64,000 nt of DNA. It comes from Acidobacteriota bacterium (GTDB lineage Bacteria; Acidobacteriota; Vicinamibacteria; Vicinamibacterales; UBA8438). The notes under the pieces were generated by a model, which had not been told where the DNA came from, made no database searches, and saw nothing but the letters and a program-made list of their open reading frames with translations. The translations under genes and the position numbers were made by a program. The stretch spans positions 18,225-82,224 of the forward strand of contig VXME01000022.1 in the NCBI GenBank assembly GCA_009861545.1. Direction: 5' to 3'. Below are positions 26,756-35,972 of the stretch, in pieces; within the stretch, counting starts at the first letter, position 1, and every line of letters starts with the position of its first letter.

Positions 26756-26891
26756 GCCGTTCCTCCTTGAACTGCTGTCCGAACGTTGTCGCGTCCCGAC
26801 ATTGTAGCCGCTCGGGTTGCGGGATACCGGCGCCGGCCCGTTCCCGGCCCGCGCGCATCGAATCGGATGCCGCGGTCCGCCGGCGCGCGCT

Positions 26892-28046
26892 ATGCTGGAG
26901 CCCATGCATGCACACAAGCGCTCGCTGTTCGCCGCGTTGCTGGCCGCCGGCATGGTCTGTGTCGGTGCGGGACCTCTGCACGCCCAGGAGGCCGACCCGG
27001 ACCACGTCGTGCGGTCGACCCCGGAGAATGTCGTCTGGGGCTGGTACCCCATCGACCGCGCGCCGGTGCTGACGATCCAGTCCGGCGACACGGTGCGCAT
27101 CGACACGCTCAGCCACGCCGGCACGACGCAGGCGGAGGAACCGGTCGAGTATCTGGGCCAGTTCGGTGCGGCGCCGGACGAAGTACTGCAGGATGTGGTC
27201 GACTTCTGGCGGACGCGTGCGGATCGGCCGCGCGAGGGACGCAGCGGACACGTCATCACCGGCCCGGTCTACATCGAGGGGGCGGAGCCGGGAGACATGC
27301 TCGAGGTGCAGATCCTGTCGTTGCGCACCCGGGCGCCCTTCGGCATCAACAACACGAGCCCCACGAGCGGCGTCTTCGGCTCGGGTTATCCCGGCACCTC
27401 ACCGGAGGACGAGCCGATGGACATGCCGGCGGTGCGGCACTTCATCCGGACGGGCGATGTCGACGGGCGCGCGGTGGCGTTCTTCGCCGACGGCATCCAG
27501 GTGCCGCTGGCGCCGTTCATGGGGGTCATGGCGGTGGCCCCCGAGAACCCGACCGTGGGCCAACCGGGCGTCTCCGTGCCCGGCGTGCAGGCATCGCGGC
27601 CGCCCGGGCCGTTCGGCGGGAACCTCGACGTCAAGGATCTGGCCGCGGGCAGCACGCTCTACCTGCCGGTCTTCCACCCGGGCGCGCGCTTCTACGTGGG
27701 CGATGGGCATTCGGTGCAGGGCGACGGCGAGGTGAGCGGGACGGCCATCGAGCAATCGCTGAGCGGCGACTTCCGCTTCGTGCTCCACAAGGGCCGGACC
27801 ATCGACGGGCCCCGCGCGGAGAACGCGACGCACGACATCCTGATGGGAATCGATCTCGATCTCGACCGCGCCCTGCGCAAGGCGGTCGTCGCCACGGTCG
27901 ACTTCCTCGTCGAGGAGCGGGGCCTGACCGGCCCCCAGGCGTTCTCGCTGGCCAGCATCGCGGTGGACTTTCGCGTCGCCGAGGCGGTCGACCTGACGCA
28001 GGTCGTGACGGCGTTCGTCCCGAAGGCGATCTTCCTGGAGCGTTGA
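26892..28046 (+). CDS. Acetamidase/formamidase family protein (exported)
   Basis: Signal-like N-terminus. It has the FmdA/AmdA-type motifs GPVYIEGAEPGDMLEV, GGNLDVKDL and FYVGDGHSVQGDGEVSGTAIE. The start is 26892 or 26904. Confidence 0.85.
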   Translation: MLEPMHAHKRSLFAALLAAGMVCVGAGPLHAQEADPDHVVRSTPENVVWGWYPIDRAPVLTIQSGDTVRIDTLSHAGTTQAEEPVEYLGQFGAAPDEVLQDVVDFWRTRADRPREGRSGHVITGPVYIEGAEPGDMLEVQILSLRTRAPFGINNTSPTSGVFGSGYPGTSPEDEPMDMPAVRHFIRTGDVDGRAVAFFADGIQVPLAPFMGVMAVAPENPTVGQPGVSVPGVQASRPPGPFGGNLDVKDLAAGSTLYLPVFHPGARFYVGDGHSVQGDGEVSGTAIEQSLSGDFRFVLHKGRTIDGPRAENATHDILMGIDLDLDRALRKAVVATVDFLVEERGLTGPQAFSLASIAVDFRVAEAVDLTQVVTAFVPKAIFLER

Positions 28047-28089
28047 CGTTGACCGCCACCGGCATCGTCTAGACTTGCACGACGCCTCC

Positions 28090-30138
28090 ATGGGGACCTT
28101 CTTCCGGGACGTCTTCCAGACCCGCTACCGCGAGGCCACGGCCAGCGCGATCCTGTTCGCGATCGTGATCGGCGTGGTCATGAACGCGGCGATCACGTAC
28201 GCCGGACTGAAGATCGGCTTCACCATCACCGGCAGCGCCATCGCCGCGGTGCTCGGCTTCGGCGTCCTGCGCGGCGTGCTGCGGCGCGGCTCCATTCTCG
28301 AGACCAACACCGCGCAGACCTGCGCGTCGGCCGTCAACGTTTCCAACTCCGGCATCATCTTCACCGTTCCGGTCCTGTTCCTGCTCGGGCTGCCGCTGGC
28401 GGCCGACGGCGCCGACTTCTGGCTGATAACGCTGGCCGCGGTCGGCGGGGCGATCCTCGGCACGGCGTTCATCATCCCGTTGCGCAAGCAGATGATCGAG
28501 ATCGAGCGCCTGCGATTCCCGTCCGGGACGGGGGTGGCGGCCATCCTCAAGTCGCCGGGCGCCGGCCCGCGCAAGGCGGTCGTGCTGCTTGCCGGCATCG
28601 GCGCCGGCGCGGCCGTGTACTGGTTCGTTGCGGCCGAGCAACTCGGGCTGCCCAGCTACGGCTCGCTCGGCATCGACGTGCTGACGGCCGGCGCGCTGGA
28701 CGCCGGCCGGCTGCTGAGCTTCCCGCCGCAAGTCGAGTTGATCTTCGGGATCGCGCCGTTCGCCCTCGGCGCCGGGTACATCACCGGTCGTCCCGGCCTG
28801 TTCGTGCTGGCGGGCGGCATTCTCGCCTATCACGTGCTGACGCCTTTCGCCTTCGCCATGGGCTGGATGCCGGCGTCCGTAGCCGCCCACGAGGCGCCCG
28901 CCTACGGCTTCGGCGCCTTCAACCGGCCGCTCGGCATCGGCCTGCTGTTGGGCGGGGCGATGATGGGCATGGTCATGTCGTTGCCGGCGGTCCGGGCCGC
29001 GCTGAGGAGCGTGGCGGCGGCCGGGAGGGTGCGGGGCGGCGGCGACGAGCTCGGCCTGCCGGTGCTGGTGACGGCTGCCATCCTGGCCGGCATCCTGCTG
29101 TTCGCGGCGGCCTACGTGGTGGGGGAGAAGCCGTTCAACCGCACCTGTCCGGTCACCGGCCAATGGGTGGGCGCCGTGTCCGTCGCGGACATCCCGGGCG
29201 ACCTGTCGGAAGACGAACGCCGGGCGGCGGCAAACGTGCTCAACGCCGAGGTCGACGCTCTGATCACCGCCACGCGTTCCCACGGCGGGTACGTCATTCG
29301 CTTCTCGAGCGAGCAGGCGGCTCGGACCTGGGACGGCTACGAGACCGCCCGCAAGGACGACTACCTGCTGAGCAACAACGCCCGGCCGGGCTGGCTGGCG
29401 GGATTCCCGCCGCTGCTGCGCGCGGCGGCCATCGCGCTCGTCGGGGTGGCGTGGATCTGGCTGGCCGGCATCATCATCGCGCAGTGCACCGGCATGACCG
29501 ACTGGTCGCCGATCTCGGGCATGGCGCTGCTGACCGTGGTGCTCGTCATGTTGCTCGGCGGCACGGGGGCGGTGGTCGGCGCCGTGCTGATCGGGGCCGC
29601 GTTGTGCGTCGCCATCACATTGGCCGCCGACATGATGGCCGACCTGCGCACCGGCCACCTGGTGGGCGCGCAGCCGCGGCGGCAGCAGGTGCTGGAACTG
29701 CTGGTCGTGGGCATCGGGCCGCTCGTGTCGATGCTGGTCGTGCTGCTGATCGCCGAAGCGAATCGCCAGAGCTTCGGCGTGGCGTTCGGCCCGGAGACCC
29801 CCACGACGGCGCCGCAGGCGCAGGCGCTGCAGGCGGTCATCACCGGCGTGCAGGGCGGCGAGATGCCGTACGCGCTGTACGGCCTCGGCGCGCTGCTGGG
29901 GGCGCTGCTCGGCCTGAGCACGTTCAGCGGTCTCGGCGTGCTGGTCGGCCTCAGCATGTACCTGCCGTTCGCCGCCATCGCCACCTACGGCGTCGGCTGC
30001 GTCGTCAACATGCTGGTGGCGCGCTGGAAGGGTCGGGTGTGGGCGGAGGACTGGGGTGTCCCGTTCGCCGCGGGCCTGATTGTGGGCGAGTCGCTGCTCG
30101 CGATGACCGTCAACATGATCGTCCTGGCGACCGGCTGA
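28090..30138 (+). CDS. OPT superfamily oligopeptide transporter
   Basis: Polytopic membrane protein. The N-terminus AILFAIVIGVVMNAAITYAGLKIGFTITGSAIAAVLGF is typical of OPT. An alternative start is TTG 28075. Confidence 0.85.
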   Translation: MGTFFRDVFQTRYREATASAILFAIVIGVVMNAAITYAGLKIGFTITGSAIAAVLGFGVLRGVLRRGSILETNTAQTCASAVNVSNSGIIFTVPVLFLLGLPLAADGADFWLITLAAVGGAILGTAFIIPLRKQMIEIERLRFPSGTGVAAILKSPGAGPRKAVVLLAGIGAGAAVYWFVAAEQLGLPSYGSLGIDVLTAGALDAGRLLSFPPQVELIFGIAPFALGAGYITGRPGLFVLAGGILAYHVLTPFAFAMGWMPASVAAHEAPAYGFGAFNRPLGIGLLLGGAMMGMVMSLPAVRAALRSVAAAGRVRGGGDELGLPVLVTAAILAGILLFAAAYVVGEKPFNRTCPVTGQWVGAVSVADIPGDLSEDERRAAANVLNAEVDALITATRSHGGYVIRFSSEQAARTWDGYETARKDDYLLSNNARPGWLAGFPPLLRAAAIALVGVAWIWLAGIIIAQCTGMTDWSPISGMALLTVVLVMLLGGTGAVVGAVLIGAALCVAITLAADMMADLRTGHLVGAQPRRQQVLELLVVGIGPLVSMLVVLLIAEANRQSFGVAFGPETPTTAPQAQALQAVITGVQGGEMPYALYGLGALLGALLGLSTFSGLGVLVGLSMYLPFAAIATYGVGCVVNMLVARWKGRVWAEDWGVPFAAGLIVGESLLAMTVNMIVLATG

Positions 30139-30156
30139 CGAGCTGAGGAGACTGCA

Positions 30157-30930
30157 GTGCGCACGTTCGGGTATCTGGTCATCGGCGTGAGCCTCGTGCT
30201 GGGCGCCGTCGCGGCGACCACGGCGTACGTCCCGCCCCTCACCGCGGACGATTCCGCGCTCGCCACAGGGAGCGGCTACGCGCATCTGAATGCACCGGCG
30301 GGCGTGCAGCGCGACGCGGCGGGCGGGTTCGTGCTGTCGGCCGCCGGCGCGCGCGTTCCGCTGGCGCCAACCGGCACGGAACTGACGCCGGACGTGCAGG
30401 CGCGCCTGCGCGCGGCGGGCGTGCAGCGCGTGCGCGTCCGGGAGTTCGCCTTCGCACGCTGGCAGCACGCCTGGCTCTTCGTGCTGGCGGTGGCCGGGCT
30501 GGTCGCGGGCAGCGTGCTGGTCAGGCGGGATACGGCGCGGGCGCAGCGGTCGCGCCAGGTCGATGAGAAGCGGCAGCCGCAGGACGCCCCGCAGGCGGCG
30601 CTGGCGGAAATCGTCGCTGCCGCCCGCGGGCTCCAGCGCGATCTGTCGGCGCTCGGGGCCGATGCCGACCGGACGCGCGCCATCATCGAGCGCGTAGGCC
30701 ACGTTCAGTCCGTGCTGGCGCTGCAGGTGGTGGAAGGCCGGGACACGCTCGTAGGCAAGCTGGGCATGGCGCGCTACGCGGAGCTGATGGATGCATTCAG
30801 CCGCCTGGAACGGACGTTGAACCGCGCCTGGTCGGCGGCCGCGGACGGCGTGCTCGACGAAGCGCTGCGCTGCATCGACGAAGCGGTAGCGCTGGCTCCG
30901 GCGGTCGAGCAAAAGCTCGGCGGCAGGTGA
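30157..30930 (+). CDS. Hypothetical membrane protein (2 TM)
   Basis: GTG start 18 nt after the OPT stop. TM helices at the N-terminus and around WQHAWLFVLAVAGLVAGSVLV. Helical C-terminus. No family recognised. Confidence 0.55.
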   Translation: MRTFGYLVIGVSLVLGAVAATTAYVPPLTADDSALATGSGYAHLNAPAGVQRDAAGGFVLSAAGARVPLAPTGTELTPDVQARLRAAGVQRVRVREFAFARWQHAWLFVLAVAGLVAGSVLVRRDTARAQRSRQVDEKRQPQDAPQAALAEIVAAARGLQRDLSALGADADRTRAIIERVGHVQSVLALQVVEGRDTLVGKLGMARYAELMDAFSRLERTLNRAWSAAADGVLDEALRCIDEAVALAPAVEQKLGGR

Positions 30931-31289
30931 CTCGAATCCCGATCCCGCTTCCGGACGAACGCAGCACACTACCCGCCGCCGGACCCCGGTCCTTGCTCCG
31001 GCGGACCGGGAGCTCGCCGCGACCGTTCCCGACCGCGCGGCCGTCAGCACGGGGAACGCGAACGCCAGCCTGACGGCGGGTTCCCCGTTCAACTCGGGGT
31101 CGTAGGAGCCGCTCACCCACGTGGCCGATCCGCCGGTGCGCCGCGAGTCTCCCGACCAGGTCTTCGCTGCGGTTCGAGCACGGCGCGTCGCCGTTCACCG
31201 GCGCGGAGCCGCCGTTCGCCGATTGGTCCTGGCGCCCGCGCCGACCGGCCGTCAGACTGCATGTCCACGATCATTCAGGGAGGCATGGA

Positions 31290-32012
31290 TTGACGGACAC
31301 CATCGCGGGCAACGACGAAGGCCAGGTTCACCGACGGCAGTCCCCACGCAGGCTCGGCCCCCTCGCGCCCGGGCTGCTGGTCATCACGCTCGGCGTCGTG
31401 TTCCTGCTGGACAACCTGGGTTTCGTCCGGCCCTGGCAGGTTCTCCGGTTCTGGCCGGTGATCCTGATCGCGGCCGGCGTGAAGTATCTGTGGGAGGCGC
31501 GCGACCGCGGCGCCGCCGTCAGCGGCACGCTGCTGGCGTCCGCCGGCGGCCTGCTGCTGCTGGACAACCTGTACGTGATCGACGTCGACCTCTGGGACCT
31601 CTGGCCGCTCATCCTGGTGGCGATCGGGTTCCGGATGCTATCGCACGCCAGGTCGGTTCCGGACGCGGCGGACGAATCGACCGAGTCGACCGAGAGATGT
31701 TCCGCGTTCCTCGGCAGCGTGGAGCGCCGGAACCGCTCGTTGGATTTCCGGGGCGGCTGGGCGTCGGCGTGCATGGGCGGCGTCAAGCTCGACCTCACCG
31801 GGGCGGACATGGCCGCGGATCGGGCGGTGCTCCAGATTTCCGCGCTGATGGGAGGCGTGGAGATTCGCATTCCGGAGGATTGGGCGACGGAGCTCAGGGT
31901 CACGCCGATCATGGGTGGGGTCGAGGACAAGACGCGGGGACCGGCCGCGGCGACGAAGCGACTCGTGCTGCGGGGAACGGTCCTGATGGGCGGGGTCGAG
32001 ATCAGGAACTGA
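31290..32012 (+). CDS. LiaF-like / DUF2154-type cell-envelope stress protein
   Basis: The TTG start follows AGGGAGG. It has N-terminal TM helices and a C-terminal repeat pattern GGVKLDL..A...LMGGVEIRIPEDW...LMGGVEI typical of LiaF C-domains. Confidence 0.7.
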   Translation: MTDTIAGNDEGQVHRRQSPRRLGPLAPGLLVITLGVVFLLDNLGFVRPWQVLRFWPVILIAAGVKYLWEARDRGAAVSGTLLASAGGLLLLDNLYVIDVDLWDLWPLILVAIGFRMLSHARSVPDAADESTESTERCSAFLGSVERRNRSLDFRGGWASACMGGVKLDLTGADMAADRAVLQISALMGGVEIRIPEDWATELRVTPIMGGVEDKTRGPAAATKRLVLRGTVLMGGVEIRN

Positions 32013-32051
32013 ACGTCGTGGCGGGTCCGGGTGACGACGAGGAAGAAGACG

Positions 32052-32501
32052 ATGACCAGAGGTCCCTATGTTGGGCGCGGAATGCTCGGAATCGTGGCGA
32101 TCATGGTGCTTGGCGTCGTGATCGCCGAGTCGGATGCCACACGGGACTCGACGGGGGGCGAGGACGCGTCCCGGCTCGACAGCGGGGCGTTCCTGGGCTC
32201 GGTCGAACACCGGAATCTGTCGGCGGCGTTTCTCGGAGGTGAGGCCGCTGCCGTGATGGGGCGGCTGGAGGTCGACCTGCGCGGCGCGGCGATGGCGGGC
32301 GAGGAGGTCGTCATCGAGGTGGACGTGGTCATGGGACGCGTCGAGATCCTCGTGCCGGACGACTGGAGAGTCGTCTCCGAGGTGGAGGCGGTTCTCGGTG
32401 CGGCCGACGTCCACACCTCCCGGCGGGAGGCGGCCGCCGGCGCGCCGCGGCTCGTCGTTCGCGGGGGGGTGTTGATGGGCCGGCTGTACGTCGGGGATTG
32501 A
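32052..32501 (+). CDS. LiaF-like C-terminal domain protein (second copy)
   Basis: One TM helix, then VMGRLEVDLRGA...VMGRVEILVPDDW...LMGRLYVG. An alternative start is GTG 32031. Confidence 0.65.
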   Translation: MTRGPYVGRGMLGIVAIMVLGVVIAESDATRDSTGGEDASRLDSGAFLGSVEHRNLSAAFLGGEAAAVMGRLEVDLRGAAMAGEEVVIEVDVVMGRVEILVPDDWRVVSEVEAVLGAADVHTSRREAAAGAPRLVVRGGVLMGRLYVGD

Positions 32502-32502
32502 C

Positions 32503-33585
32503 GTGCACCCGATTCTCGCCTCCGGCCAGCGGCGCCTTCTCTATCTGGCTTCGTGGGTGCTGCTCGGTCTGCTGTTCGCGGTCGCGTGGTCCGCGGCAGG
32601 CCCGGGGGCTCGCTTTCCGGGGGCGCTCGCGGTCGTGGTGCCGCCGAGCGTGTTCTACGGGTTCGTGTGCCTCTCGGCCTGGTACGTCTGCCGGGCCACG
32701 CCCCTTGCGGCCCGGTCCGCGGGTCGGATTCTCGGCACCCACGCGGGAGCCGCCGTCGTGGCGACGGCACTGTGGATGTTCGTCTGGGAGGGCTGGTTGC
32801 GCGTGCTGGTCGGGTCGCCGGCGTTCGATGCCGGCGTGCTCGACGCCTACCGTGCCCGGTCGGTCGTCCTGCCGGCCGCGGGCGTGCTGCTGTTCTGGTT
32901 CTCCGGCATGTTGCACTACCTGCTGATCGCCTTCGAAACGGCGCGGCGGGCGGAAGCGCGCGAGCTGGGCTACGAGGTGCTGGCGCGCGAGGCCGAGCTC
33001 AAGGCGCTGCGGGCCCAGATCGATCCGCACTTCCTCTTCAACAGCCTCCAGTCGCTCAGCGCGCTCACCTCGACCGATTCCGCCGGCGCGCGGCGCATGT
33101 GCCTGCTGTTGGCCGATTTCTTCCGGAGCAGCGTACGCCTCGGCGCGCGGGACCGGATACTGCTCGAACAGGAAATGGACATGGTCCGGGCGTATCTGGA
33201 CATCGAAAAGGTGCGTTTCGGTGCGCGTCTGGCCGCCGACGTCGTACTGGAACCTGGATGCGGGGGTTGCGCGATTCCGCCGTTGGTCCTCCAGCCGCTG
33301 GTCGAGAACGCTGTGCGCCACGGCATCCACTCCCTGGTCGACGGCGGCGTCGTGGCGGTGACGGCGCGGTGCGATGCGCGGTTCGTATACCTGCGCGTCC
33401 GGAATCCGGTCGACACGGAAGCCGCGCCGCGGGCCGGTGCGGGGGTCGGACTCGACAACGTGAAGCGCCGGCTCGCCGCCGCTTTCGGCGGCGGGAGCGA
33501 GACCCGCTGGCGGCTCGAGAACGACTTGTTCCTGGTGGATATCCGCATTCCGCGGGAGGACGGGGTTCGGGAGCGAACGGCATGA
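32503..33585 (+). CDS. LytS/YehU-family sensor histidine kinase
   Basis: Multi-TM N-terminus, the His_kinase motif LRAQIDPHFLFNSLQSL and HATPase (LVENAVRHG, GVGLDNV). Confidence 0.85.
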   Translation: MHPILASGQRRLLYLASWVLLGLLFAVAWSAAGPGARFPGALAVVVPPSVFYGFVCLSAWYVCRATPLAARSAGRILGTHAGAAVVATALWMFVWEGWLRVLVGSPAFDAGVLDAYRARSVVLPAAGVLLFWFSGMLHYLLIAFETARRAEARELGYEVLAREAELKALRAQIDPHFLFNSLQSLSALTSTDSAGARRMCLLLADFFRSSVRLGARDRILLEQEMDMVRAYLDIEKVRFGARLAADVVLEPGCGGCAIPPLVLQPLVENAVRHGIHSLVDGGVVAVTARCDARFVYLRVRNPVDTEAAPRAGAGVGLDNVKRRLAAAFGGGSETRWRLENDLFLVDIRIPREDGVRERTA

Positions 33586-34337
33586 CGGCCCAGCCGCGGC
33601 GTATCCGGGCGGTGGTGGTGGACGACGAGGCGCTGTCGCGCGCCCTGATTCTGGAGTACCTCGCCGAGCACCCGGACGTGGAAGTGGTCGGTGAATGCGC
33701 CAACGGGTTCGAGGCGGTCCGGGCGGTCACCGAACTCGGGCCCGACCTGCTCTTTCTCGACGTGCAGATGCCGAAGCTGGACGGGTTCGAGGTGCTCGAG
33801 CTCGTCGGCGCGGACGTCGACGTGATCTTCGTGACCGCTTACGACACCTACGCGCTGCGGGCCTTCGAGGTACACGCCGTCGACTACCTGCTGAAGCCGT
33901 TCGCCGCCGCGCGCTTCGCCGAGGCGCTCGACGAGGCCCGGGCGAGGCTCGCACGCGCGGAGCGGGCGCCGGTCTCCCGGGTGGTGGCCGGCGCGCGGCC
34001 GGAAGGCGCCCGCCGCGAACGCATCCTGATCCGCTCGGGCGCGCAGGTGGAGGTCGTTCCGGTAGGACGCATCGACTACATCCTGGCCCGGGACGACTAC
34101 GTCGGGGTCGTCGTCGGCGGACGGGAACTGCTGAAGCAGCAGACGTTGGCGGACCTGGCGGGTCAACTGGATCCGGAACGCTTCGTGCGTATCCACCGCT
34201 CGTGCGTCCTCAACCTCGATCGGCTGGCGCGGCTGGAGGCGGCCACCCGGCAGAGCACCGTCGCCGTGCTGAAGGACGGCACGCAACTGCCTGTCAGCCG
34301 GAGCGGCAACGCCAGGCTGAACGAGCTGCTCCGGTAG
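33582..34337 (+). CDS. LytR/AlgR-family response regulator (REC + LytTR)
   Basis: VVVDDEAL...LLFLDVQMPKLDG is the receiver. The C-terminus YILARDDYVGVV...FVRIHRSCVLNL is LytTR. The ATG overlaps the kinase stop (ATGA). Confidence 0.9.
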   Translation: MTAQPRRIRAVVVDDEALSRALILEYLAEHPDVEVVGECANGFEAVRAVTELGPDLLFLDVQMPKLDGFEVLELVGADVDVIFVTAYDTYALRAFEVHAVDYLLKPFAAARFAEALDEARARLARAERAPVSRVVAGARPEGARRERILIRSGAQVEVVPVGRIDYILARDDYVGVVVGGRELLKQQTLADLAGQLDPERFVRIHRSCVLNLDRLARLEAATRQSTVAVLKDGTQLPVSRSGNARLNELLR

Positions 34338-34389
34338 GTAGGAGTCTGCGCCGTAGAAGCGGCGTAGACCTTCCGCCAAGCCCGGTTGG

Positions 34390-34414
34390 GCGGCAAGCGC
34401 CGCAGGCGATTTTT
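34390..34414 (+). terminator. Weak rho-independent terminator candidate
   Basis: A GCGGC-AAGC-GCCGC hairpin (34390-34403) is followed after 6 nt by TTTTT. It lies between convergent genes. Confidence 0.3.
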
Positions 34415-34442
34415 CTCGGGAGAGTCTCCGTGGGCTGCGATG

Positions 34443-35858
34443 CTACGGCGCCGTCCAGCCGGCCCGCAGCGCTGTGCGGTCCACTGCCGACCCGCCGAGG
34501 TAGACGTCCGCGATGCGTCGCGTGTTCGTGATGTCGTCCAGCGGGTTCGCGTCGAGCACGATGAAGTCGGCGCGGGCGCCGGGTGTCAGGCGGCCCGAGT
34601 CGTCGAGTCCCAGGCGGTCCGCCGAGCGGCTGGTCGCGGTTGCGATGGCGTCCATCGGGTTCAACCCGGCCACCACCATCAGCTCCAGCTCCCGGTGCGC
34701 CGAGAAGCCGTAGAAGTGATCCTGGACGCCGGAATCCGAGCCGAGGACGAGCTCCGCGCCGGCGGCGTGGAGCTTCGCGAGGCTGCGTTCCATCTGTTCG
34801 TACGAGCGTGCGGCCCGCTCCGCCGCGTCCGCGGCGCGGCTCGCGAAGGTGTCGGTCGCGCGCGCGAGCACGGCGGGCGCCACCGTCTCCGTGAGGATCG
34901 GCGTTGCGAGCCACGGCGGCGGCGCCGTATGCCGGCCGCGCTCCGAGATGCCGATGTTCGGCATCACGAAGACGTCGTTCTCGACGATGGCCGCCACGAG
35001 TGCGTCGTCCATCTCCCGGTCGCGGACCAGGTGGGCGAAGCCGTCGACGCCGGCCGCCACCAGCTCCTCGGCGTCGTCGTGGTAGAAGACGTGGGCGATC
35101 ACGTCCAGGCCGTGACCATGCGCCTCGTCGATGATCGCCCGGTAGAGGTCCGGCTCGAGCTTCTCGACCGAGCCGCCCCGGTCGTCGACCCAGATCTTGA
35201 CGAACGCCACGCCCTGGGCCGCGAGCCTCTGTACTTGGCGCCGGCCTTCTTCCTGGCTCGTGACCCCGTAGGCGGAAGGCCGCAGCGCCGCCGCGCCGGG
35301 ACCGGCGTTGGGCCGCGCCAGCCCGCGTCCCGCGGTGAAGAGGCGGGCGCCGCCGAGCGTCCCTGCCTCCTGATCGCGCCGGATCTCGCTCCACGCGTCG
35401 CCGGCGTCGGTGCCGAGCGAGACGATCACTCCGACGCCGTAGTACGCATACCGATTCAGGTGGTCGACGATGTTCTCCCGGGTGTAGTTCGCGGCGTCGT
35501 AGGTGAGCCCCCGCTGGAACCCGACGTGGCCGTGCAGGTTGACCAGCGCCGGCATCACGGTCCTGCCGGTCAGGTCGACCACCGTGGCGCCGGGCGGCGA
35601 CTCGACCTCGTCCTGCGGTCCGACGGCGGCGACGGCGCCGTCGTCGATCACGAGCCGCGCCGCATCGATCGCGGGCGTTCCCGTGCCGTCGACGAGCCGT
35701 GCGCCGTCGTAGACGACGGCGGAGCTCGCCGCCGAGGGTTCCGGAGACCCACCCGCGCAACCGGCCGAGGCAACCGTGCACGCAACGGCGGCGAGCAGGG
35801 TCAGGCCGACGATTCGGTGGCGCGGCGCTCGACGACCTCGAACCTGAGCCTCGTGCAT
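34443..35858 (-). CDS. Amidohydrolase family lipoprotein
   Basis: Starts at ATG 35858. It has a lipobox-like LAAVACTVASAGC, the metal-binding NLHGHVG and later HGLDVIAHV and GSDSG motifs. Confidence 0.82.
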   Translation of the reverse strand: MHEAQVRGRRAPRHRIVGLTLLAAVACTVASAGCAGGSPEPSAASSAVVYDGARLVDGTGTPAIDAARLVIDDGAVAAVGPQDEVESPPGATVVDLTGRTVMPALVNLHGHVGFQRGLTYDAANYTRENIVDHLNRYAYYGVGVIVSLGTDAGDAWSEIRRDQEAGTLGGARLFTAGRGLARPNAGPGAAALRPSAYGVTSQEEGRRQVQRLAAQGVAFVKIWVDDRGGSVEKLEPDLYRAIIDEAHGHGLDVIAHVFYHDDAEELVAAGVDGFAHLVRDREMDDALVAAIVENDVFVMPNIGISERGRHTAPPPWLATPILTETVAPAVLARATDTFASRAADAAERAARSYEQMERSLAKLHAAGAELVLGSDSGVQDHFYGFSAHRELELMVVAGLNPMDAIATATSRSADRLGLDDSGRLTPGARADFIVLDANPLDDITNTRRIADVYLGGSAVDRTALRAGWTAP

Positions 35859-35972
35859 GACCGATCTCCCCGGTGGCGGATCGTTGCGGTGTGCCGCCAC
35901 GCTCATGGATAATACCGATTCCCGCGCCTGCTCCGTCCGCGGACGCTTGCAACGATTGGCCTCGACGATTCC

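Noticed and set aside
24306-27251. 981-aa ORF suggesting a cytochrome-PQQ dehydrogenase fusion
   Set aside because: Upstream of ATG 25964 the frame translates to Arg/Pro-rich junk. The real cytochrome c (CxxCH x2, SD + GTG at 26755) is in a different frame and overlaps the dehydrogenase start by ATGA. These are two genes, not a fusion.
28069-31116. 1015-aa minus-strand ORF over the OPT transporter. Similar giant ORFs lie at 37029..39695 (+), 49453..52461 (+), 54349..57414 (-), 59676..62828 (-) and 44142..46052 (+).
   Set aside because: Each is antisense to, or out of frame with, a gene that has strong family motifs. All share the same R/G/A/P/D-rich composition expected from stop-poor GC-rich DNA.
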